The notes: generated from the sequence alone by a model not told the origin. DNA of 8,164 nucleotides from Candidatus Diapherotrites archaeon CG08_land_8_20_14_0_20_30_16 (GCA_002779075.1 PEXK01000047.1:1-8164), one strand, 5' to 3'. Shown: positions 1-6,095, numbered from the stretch's first letter. Numbers and translations: made by a program.

Positions 1-852
1 TCTATTGGCTCATACTTGGTTGCAAAGCTTTATGCTGCTGGGCATGATGTTGATGTTGTAGGAAGACAAAAAGCAAAAGATATTGGGAAATATTTATATA
101 TAAATGAGGAAAAATTTGATTTTCCTAAAGTCTATGATGACTTAGACTCCTCAAAAAAATATGATTATATTTTTGTTACCTCTAAGTATTACAATTTAAG
201 GTCAAATCTGGAAACAATTGTGAATTCTGGTGTAAGGCCGGGGCTTATAATCTTAATTCAAAATACTTATTTAGACAATAGCTGGTATATTCAGGTTATA
301 AAAAATATACCTTTTGTTGTAGCTTCTGTTTACGAAGGGTTTAACATAAATAAAAATAAATTAACTTGTAAGAGTTATGCGGGTTGGTTTTTTGAAGAGG
401 ATGCCTTTGGTAAAGAAGTTTGTAATTTGCTAAAAGATGCTGGTTTGCAGGCAAGATTAGTTGATGATTTAGATGTTAAACGAGCAGAAAAAACAGTTAT
501 AAATTGTGCTTCAAACATTATTTGTGCTTTAGAACAAAAAACAATAAAGGAAGCAAATAAAAATAAAGAAAATATGAAAATTGCACAAGGCTTGTTTGAT
601 GAATCTTATGATGTTTTATCCGAAATTATTCCTATGCATTCTAAACGATCATTGTGGACCTTTTTTTTGCAGAATGTAAAAGATTTGGATCATTACGCTA
701 GTACCTGCCAAGATGTAATGCGAAATAAGCGTACTGAATTATCTTACCTTAATGGTTACATAATTGAATTGGGAAGAAAAATGGGAATAGCTACTCCAGT
801 TACTTTAGATACTGTTAATAGATTCAGAAAGAAATATCATGATTTATATTAA
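1..852 (+). CDS. 2-dehydropantoate 2-reductase (ketopantoate reductase, ApbA/PanE family) oxidoreductase; 5' end cut by the window edge
   Basis: Frame 1 is open from base 1. SIGSYLVAKLYAAGHDVDVVGR looks like the tail of the Rossmann GxGxxG NAD(P) motif, so the TTG at 16 in the ORF track is probably internal. Family-typical C-terminal motifs are present: KTVINCASNIICAL, and RNKRTELSYLNGYIIELGRKMGIATPV (TE...LNG region). Stop TAA at 850-852. Confidence 0.8.
   Translation, partial: SIGSYLVAKLYAAGHDVDVVGRQKAKDIGKYLYINEEKFDFPKVYDDLDSSKKYDYIFVTSKYYNLRSNLETIVNSGVRPGLIILIQNTYLDNSWYIQVIKNIPFVVASVYEGFNINKNKLTCKSYAGWFFEEDAFGKEVCNLLKDAGLQARLVDDLDVKRAEKTVINCASNIICALEQKTIKEANKNKENMKIAQGLFDESYDVLSEIIPMHSKRSLWTFFLQNVKDLDHYASTCQDVMRNKRTELSYLNGYIIELGRKMGIATPVTLDTVNRFRKKYHDLY
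843..851 (+). promoter_or_regulatory. TATA-box-like element TTTATATTA, -29..-21 relative to the ATG at 872 (candidate leaderless promoter)
   Basis: AT-rich archaeal TATA-like nonamer overlapping the last codons and stop of the upstream CDS. It has nearly the same spacing to the ATG as the elements at 6071-6079(-) and 7708-7716(-). No Shine-Dalgarno-like sequence lies in the 19-nt spacer. Confidence 0.4.
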
Positions 853-871
853 ACTTATTTTGGGTTAATTT

Positions 872-2041
872 ATGAACAAAATGTTTTTTTTACTAATAGT
901 ATTATTATTGGCAATTATTCCTGTTTGTGGTTCTGATTTAAACCTCTCTATTTGCACTGTTGATACTAACGATTGTGATTTAAATACAAATACTGATTTG
1001 AATAACTATTCTTTTGATTTGAATTTAAATGCAAACGAAGGTATACCGTTTTACTTTTTTTATTCTCCTGGTTGTAGTCATTGTAAAAACGTTGAAGACT
1101 ACCTGCAAACAATAAGCAAAGACTACAATATGAATATTAAAGCAATAAACATTAAAGAATCTCAAGAAAACCTGACAATATTTACAACAATATTGGAAAG
1201 TTTTGAAGACAATGATTTTGGTGTTCCTGTTTTGGTTATCAACAATAAAATCTATCATGGCGATAAAGAAATAATTTCCAATTTAAAAACAGAACTGGAT
1301 GCTTATAAAGAAAAGTCATATGATTTTTATCTCATCAAAAAAAAGCCTAAGGCAGTAAATTTAATAACAGTTACTGGATTGGCTTTAGCAGATTCAATAA
1401 ATCCTTGTGAGTTAGTTGTTTTGTTGATTTTATTAAGCTCTATTTTGATGAAGTTTCAAAGCAAAAGAAAGATGTTGGAGTATGGTCTTGCTTTTATTGT
1501 AACTATTTACATAATTTACCTTTTGATGGGTCTAGCCCTTATCTTTGGCTTTAAAGTATTTGGAGGATATGTAAATATAAATATAATCTACACAGTTTTG
1601 GGTAGTATTGCTTTGATTCTAGGTGCTTTGAACCTCAAAGATGCTATTTCATATGGTGCAGGCAATTTTGTTATGGAAGTGCCTAGAGCATGGCGTCCAA
1701 GCATGAAAAAGATTTTACAAAGTGTTACAAGTGTTTGGTCTAGCGTAATTGTTGCTGTAATTCTGGCTGTCTTTTTGTTGCCTTGCACAGCTGGACCTTA
1801 TGTTTTGGTTTCTGGGCTTCTTTATAATTATTCGTGGTTAACTGTTTTGCTATGGTTGATTTATTACAATATTATTTTCTCCTTGCCTATGTGGCTAATC
1901 CTTTTTGCTGTTTATTTTGGTATAAGCAAAATCGAGGATCTTCAAAGATGGAGAGACAGAAGTATTAAGACACTACACTTGGTTGCATCTATCCTTTTGA
2001 TTCTTTTAGGATTGTATTTATTTTGGATAGTATTTTTTTAA
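872..2041 (+). CDS. Membrane thiol:disulfide oxidoreductase: signal peptide + extracytoplasmic thioredoxin/glutaredoxin-fold domain (CSHC) fused to a 6-TM CcdA/DsbD-type electron-transfer domain
   Basis: N-terminal hydrophobic signal (MNKMFFLLIVLLLAIIPVCG). Trx fold with FYSPGCSHCK (Cys68/Cys71, nt 1073-1084) and a cis-Pro-type motif GVPVLVINNK. About six hydrophobic helices follow, carrying the two CcdA/DsbD signature cysteines in DSINPCELVV (Cys179) and LLPCTAGPYV (Cys305). Confidence 0.85.
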   Translation: MNKMFFLLIVLLLAIIPVCGSDLNLSICTVDTNDCDLNTNTDLNNYSFDLNLNANEGIPFYFFYSPGCSHCKNVEDYLQTISKDYNMNIKAINIKESQENLTIFTTILESFEDNDFGVPVLVINNKIYHGDKEIISNLKTELDAYKEKSYDFYLIKKKPKAVNLITVTGLALADSINPCELVVLLILLSSILMKFQSKRKMLEYGLAFIVTIYIIYLLMGLALIFGFKVFGGYVNINIIYTVLGSIALILGALNLKDAISYGAGNFVMEVPRAWRPSMKKILQSVTSVWSSVIVAVILAVFLLPCTAGPYVLVSGLLYNYSWLTVLLWLIYYNIIFSLPMWLILFAVYFGISKIEDLQRWRDRSIKTLHLVASILLILLGLYLFWIVFF

Positions 2042-2047
2042 AATTAG

Positions 2048-2064
2048 TTTTAGTTTTTCTTTTT
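2048..2064 (+). terminator. Oligo-T tracts (T4, T5, T5) directly after the 872-2041 CDS; candidate archaeal intrinsic terminator
   Basis: TTTTAGTTTTTCTTTTT starts 7 nt after the TAA at 2039-2041. Archaeal RNA polymerase terminates at oligo-T. The same bases encode the KKKN tail and stop of the convergent minus-strand gene. Confidence 0.35.
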
Positions 2065-2745
2065 GATATTCCATGTTTCTCTTTTATCTTTATTCTTACT
2101 ATCATCTCTTATTGTTTTAGATATTATGCTTGCTGCGCTTACACAGGGCACCAAATCATCTGCTTTTGGGATGTAGTCAACATTTATCTTGTTAGAGTTT
2201 AATGGGCTCCCATCAACAATTGTTTTAAATCTTAAGTGTAGGTCTTCAAAAGTCTTTTTTGCGTTTACGATAAATCTTTCTTCCATATCATTTAATGTTA
2301 TTTCTTCAGATCTTAATTTGTCAATTAGTTTAGGGTTCAAGACAAATGTAATATATCCTAAAGCACCAGAATCAACTCTTTGCTTTGCTTTATCTAAATG
2401 ATCTGTTTTCTTGCTGTCCCTTACTATTGCTAGGTCTTTATTCTCGCCAAGCAAGCCAGTAATAACAAATGGTCCTTCTATTTCTGAGCGGCCAGTTTCA
2501 TCAAACCCCAATATCAATTCTTCTTTAGGATCAAACACCAAATCTAATATGTGCTGTTTTTCTTTGTGAAGGTCATCTTCATTCAGGCCTTGCAGAACAG
2601 TTTTGCCGGTTTTGTAAAGTGATATAGTAATATCATTCTTTTTTGCAACAAAGATTGTGTTCTGGTTTGTTTTGGTCAATAAGAGTTTGTAATCTTGTTC
2701 GAGCGAATTAAACTTGTCTTTTGGCACATTAATAACTAGATTCAA
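2050..2745 (-). CDS. RNase HII-superfamily ribonuclease with an RNase HIII-type (DUF3378/TBP-like) N-terminal domain; compact, lacks the usual C-terminal segment
   Basis: TTG start at 2745 preceded by AGGTG (2751-2755, minus) with a 5-nt spacer. The N-terminal ~70 aa end in ISLYKTGKTVLQG, like the RNase HIII N-domain (YxSGKxxxQG). The core aligns motif by motif with E. coli RnhB: GFDETGRSEIEGPFV (D82/E83, nt 2497-2502), VRDSKKT, IVDGSP (D178) and KADDLVPCVSAASIISKTIRD (D196/D197). Confidence 0.8.
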   Translation of the reverse strand: MNLVINVPKDKFNSLEQDYKLLLTKTNQNTIFVAKKNDITISLYKTGKTVLQGLNEDDLHKEKQHILDLVFDPKEELILGFDETGRSEIEGPFVITGLLGENKDLAIVRDSKKTDHLDKAKQRVDSGALGYITFVLNPKLIDKLRSEEITLNDMEERFIVNAKKTFEDLHLRFKTIVDGSPLNSNKINVDYIPKADDLVPCVSAASIISKTIRDDSKNKDKRETWNIKKKN

Positions 2746-2747
2746 TT

Positions 2748-3425
2748 TTACACCTTTTTGAAAATACCTTTGTGCACTTCAATTATATCGCTTTGCTCTT
2801 TCAATAGTTCTAGGATGCCATTAAATTCTTCTTTCGGAAGATTAACTTTTTCTTGCAATTCTTCATAGCTGATTATTTTTTTAGTCATGTTTTCTAAGAT
2901 TAGGGATTTTAGTTTTTCAAAGCATTCCTTTTTAAAGATATAAAACACTTTGTCAAATCCTCTTATCCCTAAAACTTCACCTGCATTTATTTCTTGTCTT
3001 GTTACATAAGATATCTTTCTAGCTTCTTCTAAATCATTTAATGCTAAAAATCCGTTTTTCATTAAATCACTTTTTATTTGTAGTCCTTTTTTATACCATT
3101 CTTTTGTACTCTCTTCTCTTGGTCCTTCTTGTTCCCCAAGCTCTTTTTTAGGTTTATATTCTTTTTTAATTTCTGGTTTTATTGTTTCATTTTCCTGTAT
3201 TACTTCTGGTTTTACTTTCTCTGGTTCTTTTACATTCTCTATTTCTTGTTTCTTCTTTTGTAAAGAAGAATTTCGTTGATTTTCACCAAAGAATTGTCTT
3301 TTTATTACAAACAGGTTTTTTTCTAAAGCATACAAAGAATATACCCCTGGTTCGAAATGGGTTTCTTTTGTTATTATTTCGTATTTGTTTTCTCCTCTTT
3401 TACTTATGTAAATGTTTTCTCTCAT
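2748..3425 (-). CDS. Hypothetical protein: small N-terminal beta-rich module, K/E/P-rich low-complexity linker, C-terminal alpha/beta region ending in a probable winged helix
   Basis: ATG at 3425 overlaps the upstream stop (ATGA, 3422-3425) and is preceded by GAGGA (3431-3435, minus). The linker, residues ~50-108, contains repeated KPE (EPEKVKPEVIQENETIKPEIKKEYKPKKE). The C-terminus ISYEELQEKVNLPKEEFNGILELLKEQSDIIEVHKGIF has the pattern of a wHTH recognition unit. I recognise no named family. Confidence 0.65.
   Translation of the reverse strand: MRENIYISKRGENKYEIITKETHFEPGVYSLYALEKNLFVIKRQFFGENQRNSSLQKKKQEIENVKEPEKVKPEVIQENETIKPEIKKEYKPKKELGEQEGPREESTKEWYKKGLQIKSDLMKNGFLALNDLEEARKISYVTRQEINAGEVLGIRGFDKVFYIFKKECFEKLKSLILENMTKKIISYEELQEKVNLPKEEFNGILELLKEQSDIIEVHKGIFKKV
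2751..2755 (-). promoter_or_regulatory. Shine-Dalgarno-like AGGTG serving the TTG start at 2745
   Basis: The minus strand reads AAAAAGGTGTAAAATTGAAT. AGGTG matches the GGAGGTGATC complement of the archaeal 16S rRNA 3' tail. It lies in the last codons of the upstream gene, just before its TAA stop. Confidence 0.5.
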
Positions 3426-5740
3426 TTTAATCCTCTTTTCTTTTGCTTTGATTTTTCATTTCCCTTTTTCTTTGAAACTGTTGATTTTTGCTCCAACGCA
3501 GTTTTTGTTACTTCTTTTACATCTTCATCAATTTTCTTTTGAATATCTGAAACTTCAATATCATATTCCCTTAGTTTTGTGAAGTATTCGTCCTGTGAAA
3601 TTAGGTTCTTAGAATAATTCTCTTTAAGCTCTTTCACCTTTTTATGTCTTATATCGATTTGGTTTTCAAACTCTTTTATTTCCTCTGTTTTTTTAGATAT
3701 TTTTACACCTTCTTCATTCAAAAATTGAAGTTCTTTTAGCAAGTTTTCTGTAAGTTCAACATAATTTTGGTCCGACAGTTTTTTGTTTTTGTAATCTTTT
3801 TCTGCTTGAATTAAAAACTGTTTTATTTTAGAAATCCTGAAGTTTATGTACATTAAATATTGATCACCTTTGTTTGCTTTCACTTTGTTGTAAAATATTA
3901 TCAAAACGAAAATCAAAATTAAAATTACCAAAACAAATACAAAGGCAAGGCCCTGATAAAGGTTCCAATCACCAATATTCTTTATGTTTTTTTCTTTTGA
4001 CTTAGTATCAATATAGGAAATACTTTGCTTGTTTTTTTTAATGTCTTCTGTTACCTGTGATAAGTTCTTTGCAAATAAACCTAATTGATAAGCGCTTTTG
4101 TAAGATTCCAAAGCATTCTGTTCTTGAGATTTTTCTTCGTAAAACAAACCTTCGTTATAATAATAGTTTGCATGTTGTAAATATAGATTTGTCCAGACAT
4201 AATCCTTTTTTGTATAGGGCTCTAATTCTTTTAATTGCTCTTCAACCATTTGTTTTATTTGAGGCAAATTTAAATCCTTTAATTCTAAGTAACTATTGAT
4301 TGATGCCAATGCTGTTGCACCTTCAAACACAGTTGCAAAATACCAATTCATATCTTTTGCATCTTTTGCACCTTGAATCCATTTATCTTGATCTGTTAAA
4401 TCATATTTTGCAATTATTGCATCTGCTTTTTTAATTTCATCTAATACTTGATCTGCACTTTCTTTGTAGGGTTTCTGGTTCAAATAGCAATAGTCTTGTA
4501 TAGCATATCCTGAAAACAATTTGGCAATTTTCAACCATTCTTTTGCTTCTTCATAATCCCTTAATTTTAAGATGTTTGTTGTTTTGTCATTACCTGGGGT
4601 TGAAAGGATATTATTGATTCTTTTTGTTGCCCATAAGTATCTTTCTTGTGCAGATATTTGCCATTCATAATTGTTACAGGAAATATTGTTAAAGGGCAGA
4701 TTATAATCTTTTTGCAGGTTTTTTACAAGTTCATTTATCTTTGTATTTGCAGTTAGAATTTCTGAATTTTCTATTAAGTCCTTAATAAGATTGACAGAGA
4801 CATTTGCTTTAAAGAACTGATTTGCTGATGAATATAGATAATTTTTGGAATATGCTGATTTTCCATCATTGTACGCTTCTTTTGCATCTTGTAACAAAGA
4901 ATATAATTCTGTTAAAAGATCTGAATCCTCTAAATCAGTATCTTTAAGAACGGTTTCTACAAGCAAGATGTTTGTATTTACTTCTTCATTATATTTTGAG
5001 ATGTAATTATAAAAATCTTTCAAATTGTCCCTGAATGTTGTTGCTGGTGGGTCATATATTGGTTTTTCTTCTTTCTTTTGATTAGGAATTTTCACAGTAT
5101 TGATGTCGTTTAAATTATATTTCAAAACATCATCAATGTTTTCAATACCTATTACTTTGATGCCATATTTTTCATAAGCATAACTTGCTAAATTTACTTT
5201 TTTTACTTCATTATCTTCTTTTATTACCGCTTCCAATTCTGATGCAGGAATAAAAAATATTTTTATGCCAGTTTGTGCTGCATATTTTGTTTTTTCAATT
5301 ACTCCTCCAACTTTGCCTATTTGCCCAGAGGATGAAATTGTTCCTGTTCCCGAAACATAATCTGGCAAATCTTTGCCTTCAATCATATATATTAAAAGTA
5401 AAAGTGTTGGCAATCCAGCACTTGGACCATCAACAACTTTTGCTGTACTATTAATTGAAAAGAAATAATCATATTCTGTTGTGTTCTTTGCATATTTCTG
5501 CAATAATTCTACAGCTGTTTTCTCAGTGTTCTGGGTGCTTGTTCCAACTAAAGATTTTATAGAAGACCAAACTTGCCCTGTGCCTGGTTTAATAGATATA
5601 GCGAGGTTTGCGTCTGTTCCTATTCCTTCAGGAGTAACTGCAAACAGTTTCATATTGTCTTCATTTATTATATTTGAAAAAACGCAAGGCAAAAGTAAAA
5701 TACAAAATACAAAAAAACCTATTTTATAAGACAGATACAT
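3422..5740 (-). CDS. Bitopic membrane S16 (Lon-type, ATPase-less, COG1750-like archaeal serine protease) peptidase with a large helical ectodomain, one TM helix and a cytoplasmic coiled-coil tail
   Basis: Signal/anchor KIGFFVFCILLLPCVFS. Lon proteolytic-domain motifs are VVDGPSAGLP (Ser codon 5420-5422) and TGTISSSGQIGKVGGVIEKTKYAAQTGIKIFFIP (Lys codon 5291-5293). TM helix GLAFVFVLVILILIFVLIIFY at 3890-3952, followed by a 155-aa K/E-rich tail at 3425-3889. I prefer the ATG at 5740 because GTGAT at 5745-5749 then acts as an SD 4 nt upstream. The ORF track's GTG at 5749 (GTGA overlap with the upstream stop) is the alternative. Confidence 0.85.
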   Translation of the reverse strand: MYLSYKIGFFVFCILLLPCVFSNIINEDNMKLFAVTPEGIGTDANLAISIKPGTGQVWSSIKSLVGTSTQNTEKTAVELLQKYAKNTTEYDYFFSINSTAKVVDGPSAGLPTLLLLIYMIEGKDLPDYVSGTGTISSSGQIGKVGGVIEKTKYAAQTGIKIFFIPASELEAVIKEDNEVKKVNLASYAYEKYGIKVIGIENIDDVLKYNLNDINTVKIPNQKKEEKPIYDPPATTFRDNLKDFYNYISKYNEEVNTNILLVETVLKDTDLEDSDLLTELYSLLQDAKEAYNDGKSAYSKNYLYSSANQFFKANVSVNLIKDLIENSEILTANTKINELVKNLQKDYNLPFNNISCNNYEWQISAQERYLWATKRINNILSTPGNDKTTNILKLRDYEEAKEWLKIAKLFSGYAIQDYCYLNQKPYKESADQVLDEIKKADAIIAKYDLTDQDKWIQGAKDAKDMNWYFATVFEGATALASINSYLELKDLNLPQIKQMVEEQLKELEPYTKKDYVWTNLYLQHANYYYNEGLFYEEKSQEQNALESYKSAYQLGLFAKNLSQVTEDIKKNKQSISYIDTKSKEKNIKNIGDWNLYQGLAFVFVLVILILIFVLIIFYNKVKANKGDQYLMYINFRISKIKQFLIQAEKDYKNKKLSDQNYVELTENLLKELQFLNEEGVKISKKTEEIKEFENQIDIRHKKVKELKENYSKNLISQDEYFTKLREYDIEVSDIQKKIDEDVKEVTKTALEQKSTVSKKKGNEKSKQKKRGLK

Positions 5741-5745
5741 AACAA

Positions 5746-6051
5746 TCACTTATACAAGGTAAATAATTTGTAATCCTTTTTTACATCTATTAATCCCAAT
5801 CTTGCACTGCAATCTAACCATGCGTGTGCGTACGAAAAACTTGCCAAAGCAATATCCCACTTTCCCTTTTGTTTATAGTATCGCCCATCTTCTAAATAAC
5901 GAGTTGACATATCTATGAAATCTTTTGCAATAGGATAAAGACTACTCTCTTTTGGTATGCAAATCTTAGCTTTTTTTAATGCTTTTTGTGTTAATAGTTC
6001 ATACTTATTACAACGATTAATTAACTCTTTTAAATTAGTGTTCTTTATCAT
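5746..6051 (-). CDS. DUF357-like small archaeal helical protein, function unknown
   Basis: About 100 aa, with the family-typical segment DIALASFSYAHAWLDCSARLGLIDV (Ala..YAhGWLDag.rlGl pattern) preceded by YLEDGRYY. ATG at 6051 has a TATA-like box at -20..-28 and no SD, consistent with a leaderless transcript. Confidence 0.7.
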   Translation of the reverse strand: MIKNTNLKELINRCNKYELLTQKALKKAKICIPKESSLYPIAKDFIDMSTRYLEDGRYYKQKGKWDIALASFSYAHAWLDCSARLGLIDVKKDYKLFTLYK

Positions 6052-6070
6052 ATATTATATAAATAGCTAA

Positions 6071-6079
6071 TATTATAAA
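6071..6079 (-). promoter_or_regulatory. TATA-box-like element (minus strand TTTATAATA), -28..-20 from the ATG at 6051; candidate leaderless promoter of the minus-strand cluster
   Basis: It matches the archaeal TTTAWATA-type consensus. Its spacing to the start codon fits a transcription start at or next to the ATG. Confidence 0.5.
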
Positions 6080-6095
6080 TAGTTTACTATAGTAA

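Noticed and set aside
914-931. Possible lipobox (IIPVCG) at the end of the Trx::CcdA signal peptide
   Set aside because: It does not fit the canonical L-[AS]-[GA]-C lipobox. The Cys may simply lie near a signal-peptidase I site. It cannot be decided without a dedicated predictor, so I make no lipoprotein call.
1025-1258. 77-aa minus-strand ORF from the track
   Set aside because: It lies entirely antisense to the Trx domain of the well-supported 872-2041 CDS. Its composition is low-complexity and Cys/Phe/Val-rich, as expected from antisense translation of AT-rich coding DNA. There are no start-site signals.
1588-1788. 66-aa minus-strand ORF from the track
   Set aside because: It is antisense to the CcdA membrane domain, with no promoter or SD and no recognisable motif.
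2189-2401. 70-aa plus-strand ORF from the track
   Set aside because: It is antisense inside the RNase HII-core CDS, whose catalytic motifs validate the minus-strand frame.
3102-3278. Short recurring TCTGGTTYT / T-rich units that might suggest a repeat array or CRISPR-like structure
   Set aside because: They are in-frame KPE codon repeats within a low-complexity protein linker. The spacing is irregular and there is no repeat-spacer organisation.
3182-3542. Two overlapping plus-strand ORFs (82 aa and 61 aa), Phe/Leu-rich
   Set aside because: They are antisense to K/E-rich coding sequence, where AAA/GAA codons read as TTT/TTC. This gives artefactual hydrophobic peptides that merely look membrane-like.
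4057-4299. 80-aa plus-strand ORF from the track
   Set aside because: It is antisense within the protease ectodomain coding region, with no supporting signals.
5481-5729. 82-aa plus-strand ORF from the track
   Set aside because: It is antisense to the Lon proteolytic domain, whose GPSAG and GGxxEK motifs fix the minus-strand frame.
5741-5749. GTG at 5749 as the protease start (ORF-track call, GTGA overlap)
   Set aside because: Not excluded, but I prefer the ATG at 5740. GTGAT then matches the SD pattern seen before the 6139 and 7829 starts, and MYLSYK... still gives a normal signal-peptide n-region. The difference is only 3 codons.
5811-5835. Locally GC-richer patch (CTTGCACTGCAATCTAACCATGCGTGTGCGTACG) as a possible structured-RNA fragment
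   Set aside because: It encodes the most conserved DUF357 segment (AHAWLDCSARLG) on the minus strand. I saw no stem-loop complementarity.
2050-6051. Interpretation of the protease + nuclease cluster as an anti-phage defence or toxin-antitoxin system
   Set aside because: There are no hallmark domains (no ATPase/helicase, methyltransferase, TIR, Cas, PIN/HEPN or similar). The protease domain is predicted to be extracellular. RNase HII-type enzymes are normally housekeeping. I kept it only as an unexplained operon, not as a defence call.
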